A DNA stretch of 64,000 nucleotides, from contig OZ037769.1 in the NCBI GenBank assembly GCA_964035545.1, positions 9,446,129 through 9,510,128 of the forward strand, written 5' to 3'. Below the pieces are notes generated by a model. It searched no databases and had not been told where the DNA came from. It saw nothing but the letters and a program-made list of their open reading frames with translations. Source of the stretch: Bugula neritina (taxonomy: Eukaryota; Animalia; Bryozoa). A program made the position numbers and the translations under genes. Below, piece by piece: positions 35,901 through 48,708 of this stretch. How positions within the stretch are numbered: position 1 is the first letter of the stretch; every line of letters begins with the position of its first letter.

Positions 35901-38900
35901 AAGTAAGGTAATATATTACAGCATCACTCCAGTAATGTTACCAAACAAAGTAAGGTAATATATTACAGTGTTACTTCAGTAGTGTTACCAAAGAAAGTAA
36001 GGTAATATATTACAGTGTTACTCCAGTAGTGTTACCAAAGAAAGTAAGGTAATATATCACAGTATTACTCCAGTAGTGTTACTAAAGCAAGTAAGGTAAT
36101 ATATTACAGTATTACTCCAGTAGTGTTACCAAAGAAAGTAAGGTAATATATCACAGCATATCTCCAGTAACGTCACCAAAAAGAAAGTAAAGTAATCTAT
36201 TACAGTATTACTCCAGTAGTGTTACCAAAGAAAGTAAGGTAATATATTACAGCATCACTCCAGTAATGTTACCAAACAAAGTAAGGTAATATATTACAGT
36301 GTTACTTCAGTAGTGTTACCAAAGAAAGTAAGGTAATATATTACAGTGTTACTCCAGTAGTGTTACCAAAGAAAGTAAGGTAATATATCACAGTATTACT
36401 CCAGTAGTGTTACTAAAGCAAGTAAGGTAATATATTACAGTATTACTCCAGTAGTGTTACCAAAGAAAGTAAGGTAATATATCACAGCATATCTCCAGTA
36501 ATATTACCATATGGCATATGTCATATTACCGTTAATAGGATAGCTGTTGAAAACTATACCTACTGTATTAATGTAGACAACAAAGAAGTCATACCAGTGT
36601 GGTACCCAGAGAGAGAAAAAACATAGACACCCAACATGGCAACAGACCTTCTACAGTTGGCGTAATCAATTACAGTCAGCCTATAGCCTTTGAAGTTACT
36701 GTTACTCGCCCAATTATAAGTCAGAACCAGAATGGATCAGTACTGCATCGTAATAAATGGGACAATTCAACTAAAGTCAAAAAACACCATGATGAATATC
36801 AACCAATACCAGTATCCTCACCAGTGAAGTCTTTAGCCGAACAGAATGTTAACTTAGTAACTCCAGTATCTATGAAGTTGATAGAAAGAAATAAAGCTAG
36901 AGATGAGAGGAGTGAAGAACTGGAGCCCTGCAATAATACAGCAGTAGAAACAGCTTTTACCAGAGCAATAAATCATAGAGAAGTGAACAGCAAAAGACTT
37001 AGAGTAGGACTATTAACTAACGACTTGACGCCTAGAGTCTACTTACAGGTAAGTAGGGCACAAGAATATTTATAGGTTGACAAATATCAAAGGGAAGTCA
37101 GTATTACTAATACTAAAACATCAAGGGGGGGGGGGGGCAAACTTCCTGTACCTCACTTCAATCTTCTTAGCAACAACTTTTGGGCAATGTGATTGGTACC
37201 GCTTGTGCCCAGTTACCATGAGTTTACCAGAAATAGGAATAAGCATTGTGTAATTTGAGGGTATGAAAGTGTAGCAAGAAAAACCAAATTACTATAACAT
37301 AAGTACCATTACCATAGAGCTAGACCGCATACCTAGCCAGCACTAGAAAATAAAGAGACTATATTTATTTAGCTTCCAGTTTGTAGGACCATGTGTGACA
37401 TTGTCTAACAAGTTGGCTCATTGCTGTGCATCCAGGCCTGGAATGAAGCCCAAGATAGACAAATCTAAATTTAAATTTCCTTAGATGGCGGTGTGTGACT
37501 TCAGAATTAAACATAAACAAAAGGAAAAAAGTGAGGAGTAGTTGGAAATAACTGAAACGAGTTTGAGATTTTAATGCAGTGAGTGCTTTGGTAGTCAATT
37601 GGTTCATATATTTGAACAAGCTCAAAGAGTATTTATGATATATGATTATTATTTCTACTACTACCTGGTCCACCACTAGCCACAGCAAAGTTGCAGCAGC
37701 TGACAGATGTTATTGTCAACTAATTATACCTGAAGAATATCTTTGCAGCCAAATTATTGTGTTAATACTTCATTAACTATGACTAAAACCTTTGCATGCA
37801 TAAAACTTCTGGTTTGTTCAATGTAAATCTGCCAAAATAGGTAGGTAGTTTGAACGAAATGGGGGAGAGAGAGGGGGCTATTTTTACCAAAAAACTAAAC
37901 AGCTTATAAATGTGATAAAAGTCCTCAACAGCTCAAACCCGATAATATTATTAGTTGTCATAGCTGTAGGCTATCAGGACATGGACTCTTTGATTAGTTG
38001 TATGCTAAAACTACATGAAATATAGTACAGTACTAAATGAGCAACTCTGCATGTTAACTCCTGAGACTACTGCATTATCTTCCGACTCCAGTGAGTGGCT
38101 TTGTGTGAAAACAAACCAGTAATTGAATGTAAGGATAATTGAGGGAGATAGAAATCTCCAAATTGGTACAGCAAATCTATTTGCTTTAGATAATCAAATG
38201 AAGAAATATTTGATATTATTGGCACTGTTACTAATACAATACATAAGCAATAAATCTATACAAATGTTTTCACAAATAACGACCACTTTATCAATATTGA
38301 GAATAGACCCCAGCAGAGTAGCTCATTTGATGGTAGGGCAAGCCTAATTGACAAGGAAGGGCCCAGCCACCATGCTGGAGGTATTTTTCAATCTACAGCC
38401 CACAAGGTATCAATGCACTTGTTTACATGATATAAACCTCATTAAAGATATGGCTGAAGTAAATCAAAGAAATTATTCATTTTTTTTTATGCTAGTATCA
38501 ACATAATAAAACACAATACATAAAATCAATAGATAAAACCAATGCTATAACAATGATTAAACTTGTTTCCATGCCTGCCTCTTGGTTGTACAGTTGACAT
38601 GTCGATATAACCACTTTTTCACTTAACCTGATTTTATATAAAAAAAAGGTTGAGCTTAAAGTATTGGCATGTAGCAATGGTGTTTTAGGCCAGTGAAGAA
38701 GGAAGACAATTCCAAAAGATGAATATGAAGCTGAGAGGACAATTAACAGAATTGTTCAATTGCAGATGCTTCAACAGCCACTCACTGAGCCCTACCTCTG
38801 AGATAGCTGATAGCTATACAGGGAGTTGTCACAGCGTGTAAGCAGGCAGAAACTGCACTAAGTTGTTTCCATGATTTCTTACAACACATTCTGATGAGGA

Positions 38901-41900
38901 GCCATCAATGCCAGTGTGATTCTTTTGTATACATATTTTCATTTAGCTGTATTTATTTTATTCATAGTGCTATTTATTCTACTCATACCAGCACAGAACA
39001 AACTGCTGTTTTAAACTCAGCATGAACTTGCACACCTCTTCTTGCTTGCACATGTTTACAGTTCAGTCAGATGGAATACTACTCATCAAACCAATTATAC
39101 TAGAATCTAGATCAACACTTTGACTGAGATACATGAAATATGGTTGAATAAAAAGAAACAGAGAGTACTACTTGATTCAAATTTAAAATAAATTATGCAA
39201 TAATTTAATGTTTAATCTTAATAAATTAAGTTAATACTGCATATTAATGTATTGGTTCCAACACTTATTCAACAGGGCGAGTGCTTACTAATCAATTTTG
39301 TTTCAATCATGTTGCATCCCTTGTTAAATCTTACATCCATCCCTACTACTAATAATAAAACCTCTAGGTACAAGGGCCTATAATTGTTACCGGTACAGCG
39401 CAAAATAATATTTACATATAGTATACAGTAATATAACAATAAATGTAGTAGTTATAGTGTAGTAATATACATAAAGTAGTATCCAGTACATTAATGTACA
39501 TACACAATAAAACAATGTACATATAGCTGCATACAAATAGCAATGTATATTATATAGTATAGTAATATACATATAGGGTCATTCCTCGTCAACTCAACCG
39601 ATGGCCCACGCCTTTGCGTCTCAGATTTTGTTCATATTTACACCAAATGGACCTACACATGTCTTGAGTACTATTCTTGAATATTTTTGGCCTGACACAA
39701 AAAATCTTTGAGAAATGATTATTTCCATGAACAAAGGTTGGGAAAAATGTTGAGGAAAATTTGCGATTTTTACTTTTAGACCAATTTGCAATCATTTTTT
39801 TAGACTGAGCCTTAAAATTTAGTGTGTGATTTGATAATACCTATCAATTTGCACTAGTAATAACATATACTGCAGAATACTTTGTGTGCATATATGCTAA
39901 GCCATTGAATATTGGCAAATTTTTATGAATTTTGAAAAAATTCGAATATTTGCCACATCACAAAAGGCACTAATTTTTATTTTACTTTCATAAATTTTTA
40001 TCCATAAATAGTTAATTATGGTGACTTTATACTCCTTAATTTGTGTAATTTTGAAAATAATATTTTCCAAGATGTAGACACCCAAAGTGAAGAAAATGTG
40101 AAAATTCGCCCAACTTCACAAGGATGTAACCCGATGTTTGAATATGGTAAAAATTTTTAAACAAGCATTTTCTGTAACGTCATTTAGTGTATTTTGTAGA
40201 TTCATAAATTTAAACGTCCTTATATTGTCCAAACTTAAAGTAAATCGCACGGAAAAATGGTATGCGTACGAAAATCAGCAAAATGCAATTTTTCAATATA
40301 ATATGTTGGGATCATACATTTTTTATCATTCATATTGTTCAAAATATCAAGTAGATACATATATGTTTCCTATATATGTCAAATCTACTGAAGATTACAA
40401 TAAAATCTGATTTGTGTGTAATAGCGTAAGAAAAATTTTGCCGATTGGCATTATATGATATTCCCATTAAGTTTCAGGTAGCAATTGTTATTTCTGTGAG
40501 TGAATGGTGTGAAACAGCTGAAATCTTGCTGGAATCAAGTACATTAAGTAGCTGAGGCAAGGAAGGCTTAAAAAAACAGGCCCAAATATAACACCATGGC
40601 CCTGAACACAATAGGCCTAATTAATTCAATGACGGTGGTGTTTAATACATGCCGGAAATTATTGTGGCTTTTGAAACAGATGTGCCTAAATATAGCAGAA
40701 TGACCATAACCTCGCCCTAATTTGGTCAGTACTAGTTAAAGAATCAAGTAATTGGCCTCATGCCATGTCTAATGTTCATCATCCTGAAAAAATTTACAAC
40801 TCTCTTTTTCATAACTGGAAACAATGGTCTTCCAACTTTAGTATCTGGTTCAGGCAGAACTTCTTTTGCAGTCTTCTGGCTTGCTGTGCAAGGTAATTGT
40901 TGGATTTTTACATAAGCTGGGAAAGCTTTTCCCTAATACATGATAGCTTTTCACATATCATCTCAGCTATATTATGCTTTTCCATTTTCATTATAGCAAA
41001 TACACAAAAGCTAACTTTTTTACGACTATAAAGACCCAGCAGTTTTTCTCTTATCCAGACTTGCTTTTCACACTTGTACTGGCAACTTGTAACTCATGAG
41101 ATAACCTTTTTTACGTTGCTATTTTTTCAGTCTGCTACTATAATAAATATTTATTTTTCTAACTTAAAACACACCGATAATTGTTTACTCCAAATTCTAT
41201 AGATGTCTTATCAATGGTCCAGCTTTCTGGTGCCAATGTCAATAACTGGACCTTCTTTTGTCCCAAAGAAACTTTCACCTTATTCAAGGAACATATTAAT
41301 ATGTTCAAATCTTTATGATTAATAGGCTTTATACAGGGATTTGTTGCTTCTGGGTGGAATTCCTCTCCCTCTATACTTTCAACTGTGGCAACCTTCTTAG
41401 CAATGACCTCCTCCACTAGATTCTGTTTTTCCCCATAGTTCACTTTACTGGAAGGGCTAATTTTTGGGGCTCTCCTGGTATAATTCTACTCTTTTGAACT
41501 GTAGAATCTGAGAGAAACTGTGCAATATTAATTGCTTTAAAAAAACTGAGCTCTCAGAATACTCTCAGGAAACTAAAAGTGATATATGATGCATTTCTTG
41601 AAGTTGAGAAGGAAGCACAGACACTAAACACTAGAATGACAGAATTAGTAGCTTCTCCCTTGAAAGCTGCAAAATTAGCTCATCTAGTAAAGTGAGCTAT
41701 AGGAAAAGAAAACGGAAGAAAGTGCAGGAGGTCATTACTGAAAAGGTAGAAACAGTCTTGGGTATAGATAAAGAAGAACTTCACCCAGAAGCAACAAATG
41801 TCTGTATGAAGCGTAGTAATCATAAAGATTTGAACAAATTAGTATGATCCTTGAATAAGGACACGGAAGTTTTCTTGTGACTAGAGAGGGTCTAGTTATT

Positions 41901-44900
41901 GACATTAGCATGAAAAGCTGGACCATCGATAGAACAGCCATAGAATTTGGAGCAAACAATTACCTGGCCCAGCAAGCCAGAAAACTGCAAAGGAAATTCT
42001 GTTTGAACCATGCAGATGGTAAAGTTGGAAGACCATTCTCTCCACATGTAAAAGAAAAAGTTGTAGATTTTTTCAGGATGATGAATATTATTCTTAGCCT
42101 GGGCAAATTACTAACCTAATTAGGGTGAGGTTAGGACCATTCTGCTATATTTAGACACGGTCTGTTTCAAAAGCCACAATTGTTTCCAGCATGCATTAAC
42201 CCCCACGTTGACCTAATTTGGCCTATTGTATTCAGGACCATGGTGTTATATTTGGGTATGGTTTTTGAAGCCTTCCTTGCCTCAGCTACTTAATGTACTT
42301 GATTCCAGCAAGATTTCAGCTGTTTCACACCATTCACTCACAGAAATAACAATTGCTACCTGAAACTTAATGGGAATATCATATAATGCCAATCGGCAAA
42401 ATTTTTCTTACACTATTACACACAAATCAGATTTTATTGCAATTTTCAGTAGATTTGACGTATATAGGAAACATATATGTATCTACTTGATATTTTGAAC
42501 AATTTGAATGATAAAAAATGTATGATCCCAACATATTATATTGAAAAATTGCATTTTGCCGATTTTCGTACGCATACCATTTTTCCGTGCGATTTACTTT
42601 AAGTTTGGACAATATAAGGACGTTTAAATTTATGAATCTACAAAATACACTAAATGACGTTACAGAAAATGCTTGTTTGAAAGATTTTACTGTATTCAAA
42701 CATCAGGTTACATCCTTGTGAAGTTGGACAAATTTTCACATTTTTTTCACTTTGGGTGTCTATATCTCGGAAAATATTATTTTCAAAATTACACGAATTA
42801 AGGAGTATAAAGTCACCATAATCAACTGTTTATGGATAAAAATTCATAGAAGTAAAATAAAAATTGATGCCTTTTGTGATGTGGCAAATACTCGAATTTT
42901 TTCAAAATTCATAAAAATTTGCCAATATTCAATGGCTTAGCATATATGCACACAAAATATTCTGCAGTATGTGTTATTACTAGTGCAAATTGATAGGTGT
43001 TATCAAATCACACACTAAATTTTAAGGCTCAGTCTAAAAAAATAATGGAGATATGGACGTTTACAAATTGGTCTAAAAGTAAAAATCGCAAATTTTCCTC
43101 AAAGTTTTCCCAACCTTTGTTTATGGAAATAGTCATTTCTCAAAAAGTTTTTGTGTCAGGCCAGAAATATTCTAGAATAGTACGCAGGGCATGTGTAGGT
43201 CCATTTGGTGTAAATATGAACAAAATCTGAGACGCAAAGGCGTGGACTTTCTGAAATTTGGTTGATTTGACACGGAATGACCCTATAGCAGTACATGGTG
43301 CAGTGATATATGTAATAACAGCATATAATAATTTACACTGTATAGAAATATACATATTATAGTAGTGTATAGTATAGTAATATACATATAATGATGTTGT
43401 ATAGTATAGTAATATATATATCATAGTGTTGTATAGTATAGTAATATACATATAATGATGTTGTATAGTATAGTAATATATATATCATAGTGTTGTATAG
43501 TATAGTAATATACATATCACAGTCATGTATAATATAGTAATATACGTATAATGGTGTTGCATAGTATAGTATTATACATATCACAGTAGTGTATAGTATA
43601 GTAGTATACATATCATGGTAGTGTATAGTATAATATTATACATATAATGGTAGTGAATAGTATAGTAATATACATATCATAGTGTTGTATAATATAGTAA
43701 TATACATATAATGGTGTTGTATAATATAGTAATACATATAGCACACACACCTGTGAAAGAGACCTTCTAAAGTCAATACCAACAGTGACCTGGTATCTAC
43801 AAGTGGGCTGAAGGTAGAGGTGAAGAAGGGCTGAATCCGATCTAAGGCTGGGGTAACCCCCTTTCCCTCTGTAGGGAACATGAAGTTTCAGACTAATGCT
43901 ACCTCCACCAGTCGATGGGCTATGAAATAAATGTTACCGATTAGGTTGTCTTAGTTACCAATTCAACTGAGTATACATAGTAGTGCAATATGTTTCTATA
44001 ACTTAATACTAATAAAACTAGCTTGCTCCATTTAGTTTTGGAGTAGATATCATGGCTAGAGAGTATGCACCAGGTCATGGGTTCCAACCCCAGTAGGGCT
44101 ATTGGTCATACTGGAGGAGCATTCAATCACAATTTCTCCTCTATCACAGCATACACACTGCTTAGCACAATTATCATTAGCAATTCTCACAAAAATGGAA
44201 ACTTTGAACAAACTCCAGTTGTTTGTATTAATATACTTTGCAAGACACCAGAGAAAACAGCATGAAGTAAGCGTTGCTTATTATGCTTGTTTTGAACTAG
44301 TAAGTACTAGTTTGCAGTACTGCAAACTTGGTTAATGTGATGTGAAACAACATCCCAGTTGACATGGTTTATTGCATAATAAAAGGCATATGACATACAA
44401 CAGTTTACTTAATATAACATAAATGTACGTCATTACTTACTTTATGACTGAGAAAGTATCTGAACCAACAGCCCAGGGTAAAGATAGCCTCATGAAACTG
44501 GCCAAGACTAAAATATGAATCATGAGCAACAGTATCAGAGGGTGAATAAACTTCCATGAATTACAATCCTTTCACTTTGAGGAGTCTACAGATACTTAAT
44601 AGTTAGCATAAGACAAAATGCTAAGTCATGAGACACTTAATAGAAGAGGTGGGTCATGGAGGGTAAATTACAGTGCACAGACCTTTGTTAGAGCTACAAG
44701 AAGTGATTTCCACTTTGGCAGTATATGCCTGATACACACTATGGAGAGTTGGTAACTGCACAACGTGATAATTAGTCTTCTCTTCAGTCTCATTAATAAC
44801 TGCATCAACATGATGGTATAGAGATCTGGGAAAGTCTGCAATCAAGTCTACAGGAGTAGGTGTGTGGTACACTGTAGTGTAGCTATTGAGGTTGAAAAGC

Positions 44901-47900
44901 CGGGCATGCAGAAAAACCTAAAATAATGTACGATAGTTTCAACAAAAAATAGCAATACCTTCTTCAGACAAGAACTTTTTCCTTACACTCAAGAGCGCGT
45001 AAAACATGAGTCAGTTTTTATTTTCTTTACATAAAAATTGCATATCAACTCTAAAAAGAAACGAGACATAGAAAACGTGGAGCTACCATTAAAATACAAA
45101 AAACTATTATATGATGTAACCATGGTGTATAGAAGCTACAATGATTTTTCGCTTAGATAGCTAAATTTAACACATAAATACAACTATACCATGAGCACCG
45201 GTAAAACAGGTAACTGCATAAAGTGAAGTAATATGTAGGAACAAAATATAGAAAAAACTACACACCGGGTTGTCGGTAGCTGAGACGTGAATGACAATGT
45301 GAGTGTATTGGTGAAGAGTTGCAATATCGATGTGTAAATATACTCTAGGTGACTCTGTAGGTGATAATCTTTGCAGGAAGGTTATGTCATTTCCTCTTAC
45401 ACTAGTAATAGAATTATAGTTGAAGTAATTCAAATAACTTCACTTATTGAACATTTTGCTTTTAAAATGAATTTATTTTGTTAATTTTCAACTGTTAAAT
45501 TAAGCGCATCCTTTCATAATTTTACCTGATAAGTATGGTGACGCAAATTATGTTTTGAAAGTTTCATCCTGTTAGAAAAGTTCAAGCTAGACAACAATGT
45601 CATGATATATTTCTATACACAAAGAACGAGTAACTAGGTACCTACTAACGTAATTACCCTTTCGGACAATTTATAAAATATTTTGAAAGCCAACGCAATA
45701 CAGTATTGATTATAATATAGGTTTACATACCAGGAGTCATCTGCTCTTGATTGTACACAACCAAATATCCATGACTTCCACCTGTTATTTGACTCAATAA
45801 CCATTTCACTATGCCTTGATTTGTCAACTTTAAATGCAAAGTACTTGTCCATTGAAGCCTGAAGCACGACATAAATATCTGTATTTCTGATTTCAATTAG
45901 CGAAAACTGGTCAATCGCTAATTGTCAACATTCCAAGAAGAAAAGACCATGTAACCATGTTATATGCAGAGCTGGAATACTGGAACCTGCTCATGCTTCT
46001 CATTACTTTTTATAAAAATAGTAATGATATTTGAAATCAGGAAGAAAATCATTATCAGACATAAATTTACTTATAATTCAGCTTTTTTAATAGCTGATCT
46101 CAATAATAATGTTTGCCTTAACTAAAAAAACCCATTTCTTTGCTTGTTTTTGTCCATTTGGTCCACTTTTTTCAGATATTTTCACAAGAAAATTACAAGA
46201 ATTAAACTCAAGAAAGTGTAAAACACGTCGATGATTATCTGTAGAAGTTTTTGCTTATATATATAACAAACTACCTTCAGTAATTTCAAGATAATATTTA
46301 ACAGATTTGGACAAAATTGTGGGAAAACAACTCCTGCGAAAGTTTGAGAAGCTTTTGTGGCTAACCGAGTGGACAGAAAAATTTATAGTTTTTACAACAA
46401 AACAGTGAGAAGAGCATTTATAATTATCAGCAAAATTCTTTTGCATATATAAAAATAAATTAGCTTTAATAATTGCAAGATATTTAACCGATTCACACAA
46501 ACGTTAGGAGAAGACAACTCCTGATTTATTTTAAAAGTTTGAGGAGCTTTTGTGGCCAACTGGGAGCACAGAACAATCTAGCGTTTTTACATATTACTTA
46601 GGGCCCTCAAAACTCTCAATTTCTAAAAAAAAGTTGTGAGGCCACCCCTCGGAGGGTAATGAGTGACAGATAATTAGAGACTACTTCTAGACTATAATGA
46701 TTATGTAGCAACTAGTTAGTGCTCCTACCAACTTTAGAGTATACCCAGCTCTACTGCGTTCAGTTTTAAACATAAAAGCATTATTACATATTTTCTCATG
46801 AATATTATGTCTTATTGTGAGAGACATGCAACTATTCAAGTTTAAAACTTACTTAATTATTTAGTGAAAATAAACTACCATAACTTTTTTAATATTTAAC
46901 CAAGTAATAAAAATCTAAGATAAAATATTTAAGCCATTTAAACATTAAACATTACTTGCATATCTATGTGAAAGTGGTATGAAAGTGATGCAAGTTTAGC
47001 TGACAGATGCACCTGTTTTTTGAACTTACTGTGTATTGGTAGAGATATAGATGGTCAGAGTCAAGAACGTCATACTCAAACTGATCAGAGGGCGATTTTA
47101 ATTTAGTGGGCGTATCTGATGCTCTTTGATGACTTGTGTGGTTGAGGAGGTGGAAACCAAATGTATTACGTATTGTAGATAATTGACTGTTCAACTAGTA
47201 AATAAAATGATGAATCACCAAATGCAATATCCAATACGAAAACGAGTTACCTTGTTTTAAAAACAGTAGACCCGCCACGATAGCTTTAAGGTATAAGACT
47301 GTCTAAATGCACAGAGAAAAGCTGTGTAAAAGCAAAGAGTAAGACAACTGTTTGATTAGTCTGAATAAGACGCAGACCATAGATGATCTTACCTACCAAG
47401 ATGTAAAAGTTGCAACCAAGTAACCAAATGGCAACACTGTGTGACACATACTTACCGAGTTAGAGTTATGAGTAGTAAGGTCACAAAGAGCACGTGACAG
47501 AGCTAGTACAATCTGTCTACACCATATAGCACACAAATGATCAGTAGACACCCACGCTCGTGGCACCGATTCTGTCTACAATTCACACAGAAATATTTCA
47601 TTATATTGTTGACAAGAATTTTACCTGAAATATATTAGTAATCTAAATTGAAAGTACTTTACAAGTGCAGTAGATATTTAGGAATGTAGAACATTTTAGT
47701 GAATGTCATAGAGAAGCAGGTATACACTGACTCACATTGACTGAGATAGCCCTGTAAGGGTGCACTAAGCCATCTAGTCTGGTTAGATGATAATTGACTA
47801 GAATGTCCCTGTCCCCTCCACCAACTGATACTAGAACAATATGCTTCAAAGAATCATCTTTTTCCTTTTTCCAATAATCATTGATTTCATCATAGAGGTC

Positions 47901-48645
47901 AGGCAAATAATCAGTGTGTAATACTAAAAAACCAGCAAGGATACAAAAGCTGTGAACAGATAACTTCATAAACAATTCATAAACATTTCATAGACGTAGC
48001 ATCAGTAACCACAGTGGTGACAGCAGTGACAGTAGTAATAGCAGTGAGTAGTGATATCAGTAATAGTAATAGCAGTGAGTAGTGATAGTAGTGACTAGTG
48101 ATAGCAGTGAGTAGTAATAGCAGTGTGTAGTAACAGTAGTGAGTAGTAATAGTAGTGAGTAGTGATAGTAGTGACTAGTGATATTAATGAGTAGTAATAG
48201 CAGTGAGTAGTGATAGCAGTGAGTAGTGATAGCAATGAGTAGTAATAATAGTGACTAGTGATAGTAGTGAGTAGTAATAGTAGTGAGTAGTAACAGTAAT
48301 GAGTGATGATAGTGATGAGTGATGATAGTAGCAACTGTGAAGAAAAAACAAGCTCAGGTGTAATATAAATATATCCAGTCTTGTAGAAATTAGAAAAGCC
48401 ACTTTCAAATATATGGAGACAACACCATATAGTTTACATACAACATCTTAGGAAAATGGGCAACTAAAATACATAGAACATAGTCTATATAAATTGTACT
48501 TGGTGCTTGATGAGGAGTAGCCTGAGTTATGATCAAGTTCACGAGATTCTTGTCTATATCAGTGAGAGCAAAAAGTGCTCGAGCTAGCAATCCTCCCTGA
48601 AAGGCCACATAACATGCTTATGAAGAAATCTAGTTATATCAACAG

Positions 48646-48708
<63 letters not shown>

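Noticed and set aside
35500-36510. CRISPR-like array (also 20942-21247)
   Set aside because: No unique spacers, eukaryotic context and no cas genes; these are plain tandem repeats.
36599-37075. 158-aa antisense ORF in a PGAP1 intron
   Set aside because: GTG start and no recognisable motif; may be the opposite strand of decayed repeat DNA. Unsupported as a gene.
39589-43230. Paired short ORFs in the long inverted repeats
   Set aside because: Mirror-image chance ORFs in AT-rich TIR sequence; useful only as evidence of the inversion.
46320-46650. Imperfect ~70-bp direct repeat and GAGGGGTGGCC-like terminus
   Set aside because: Probably a transposon end, but I found no partner end or TSD.
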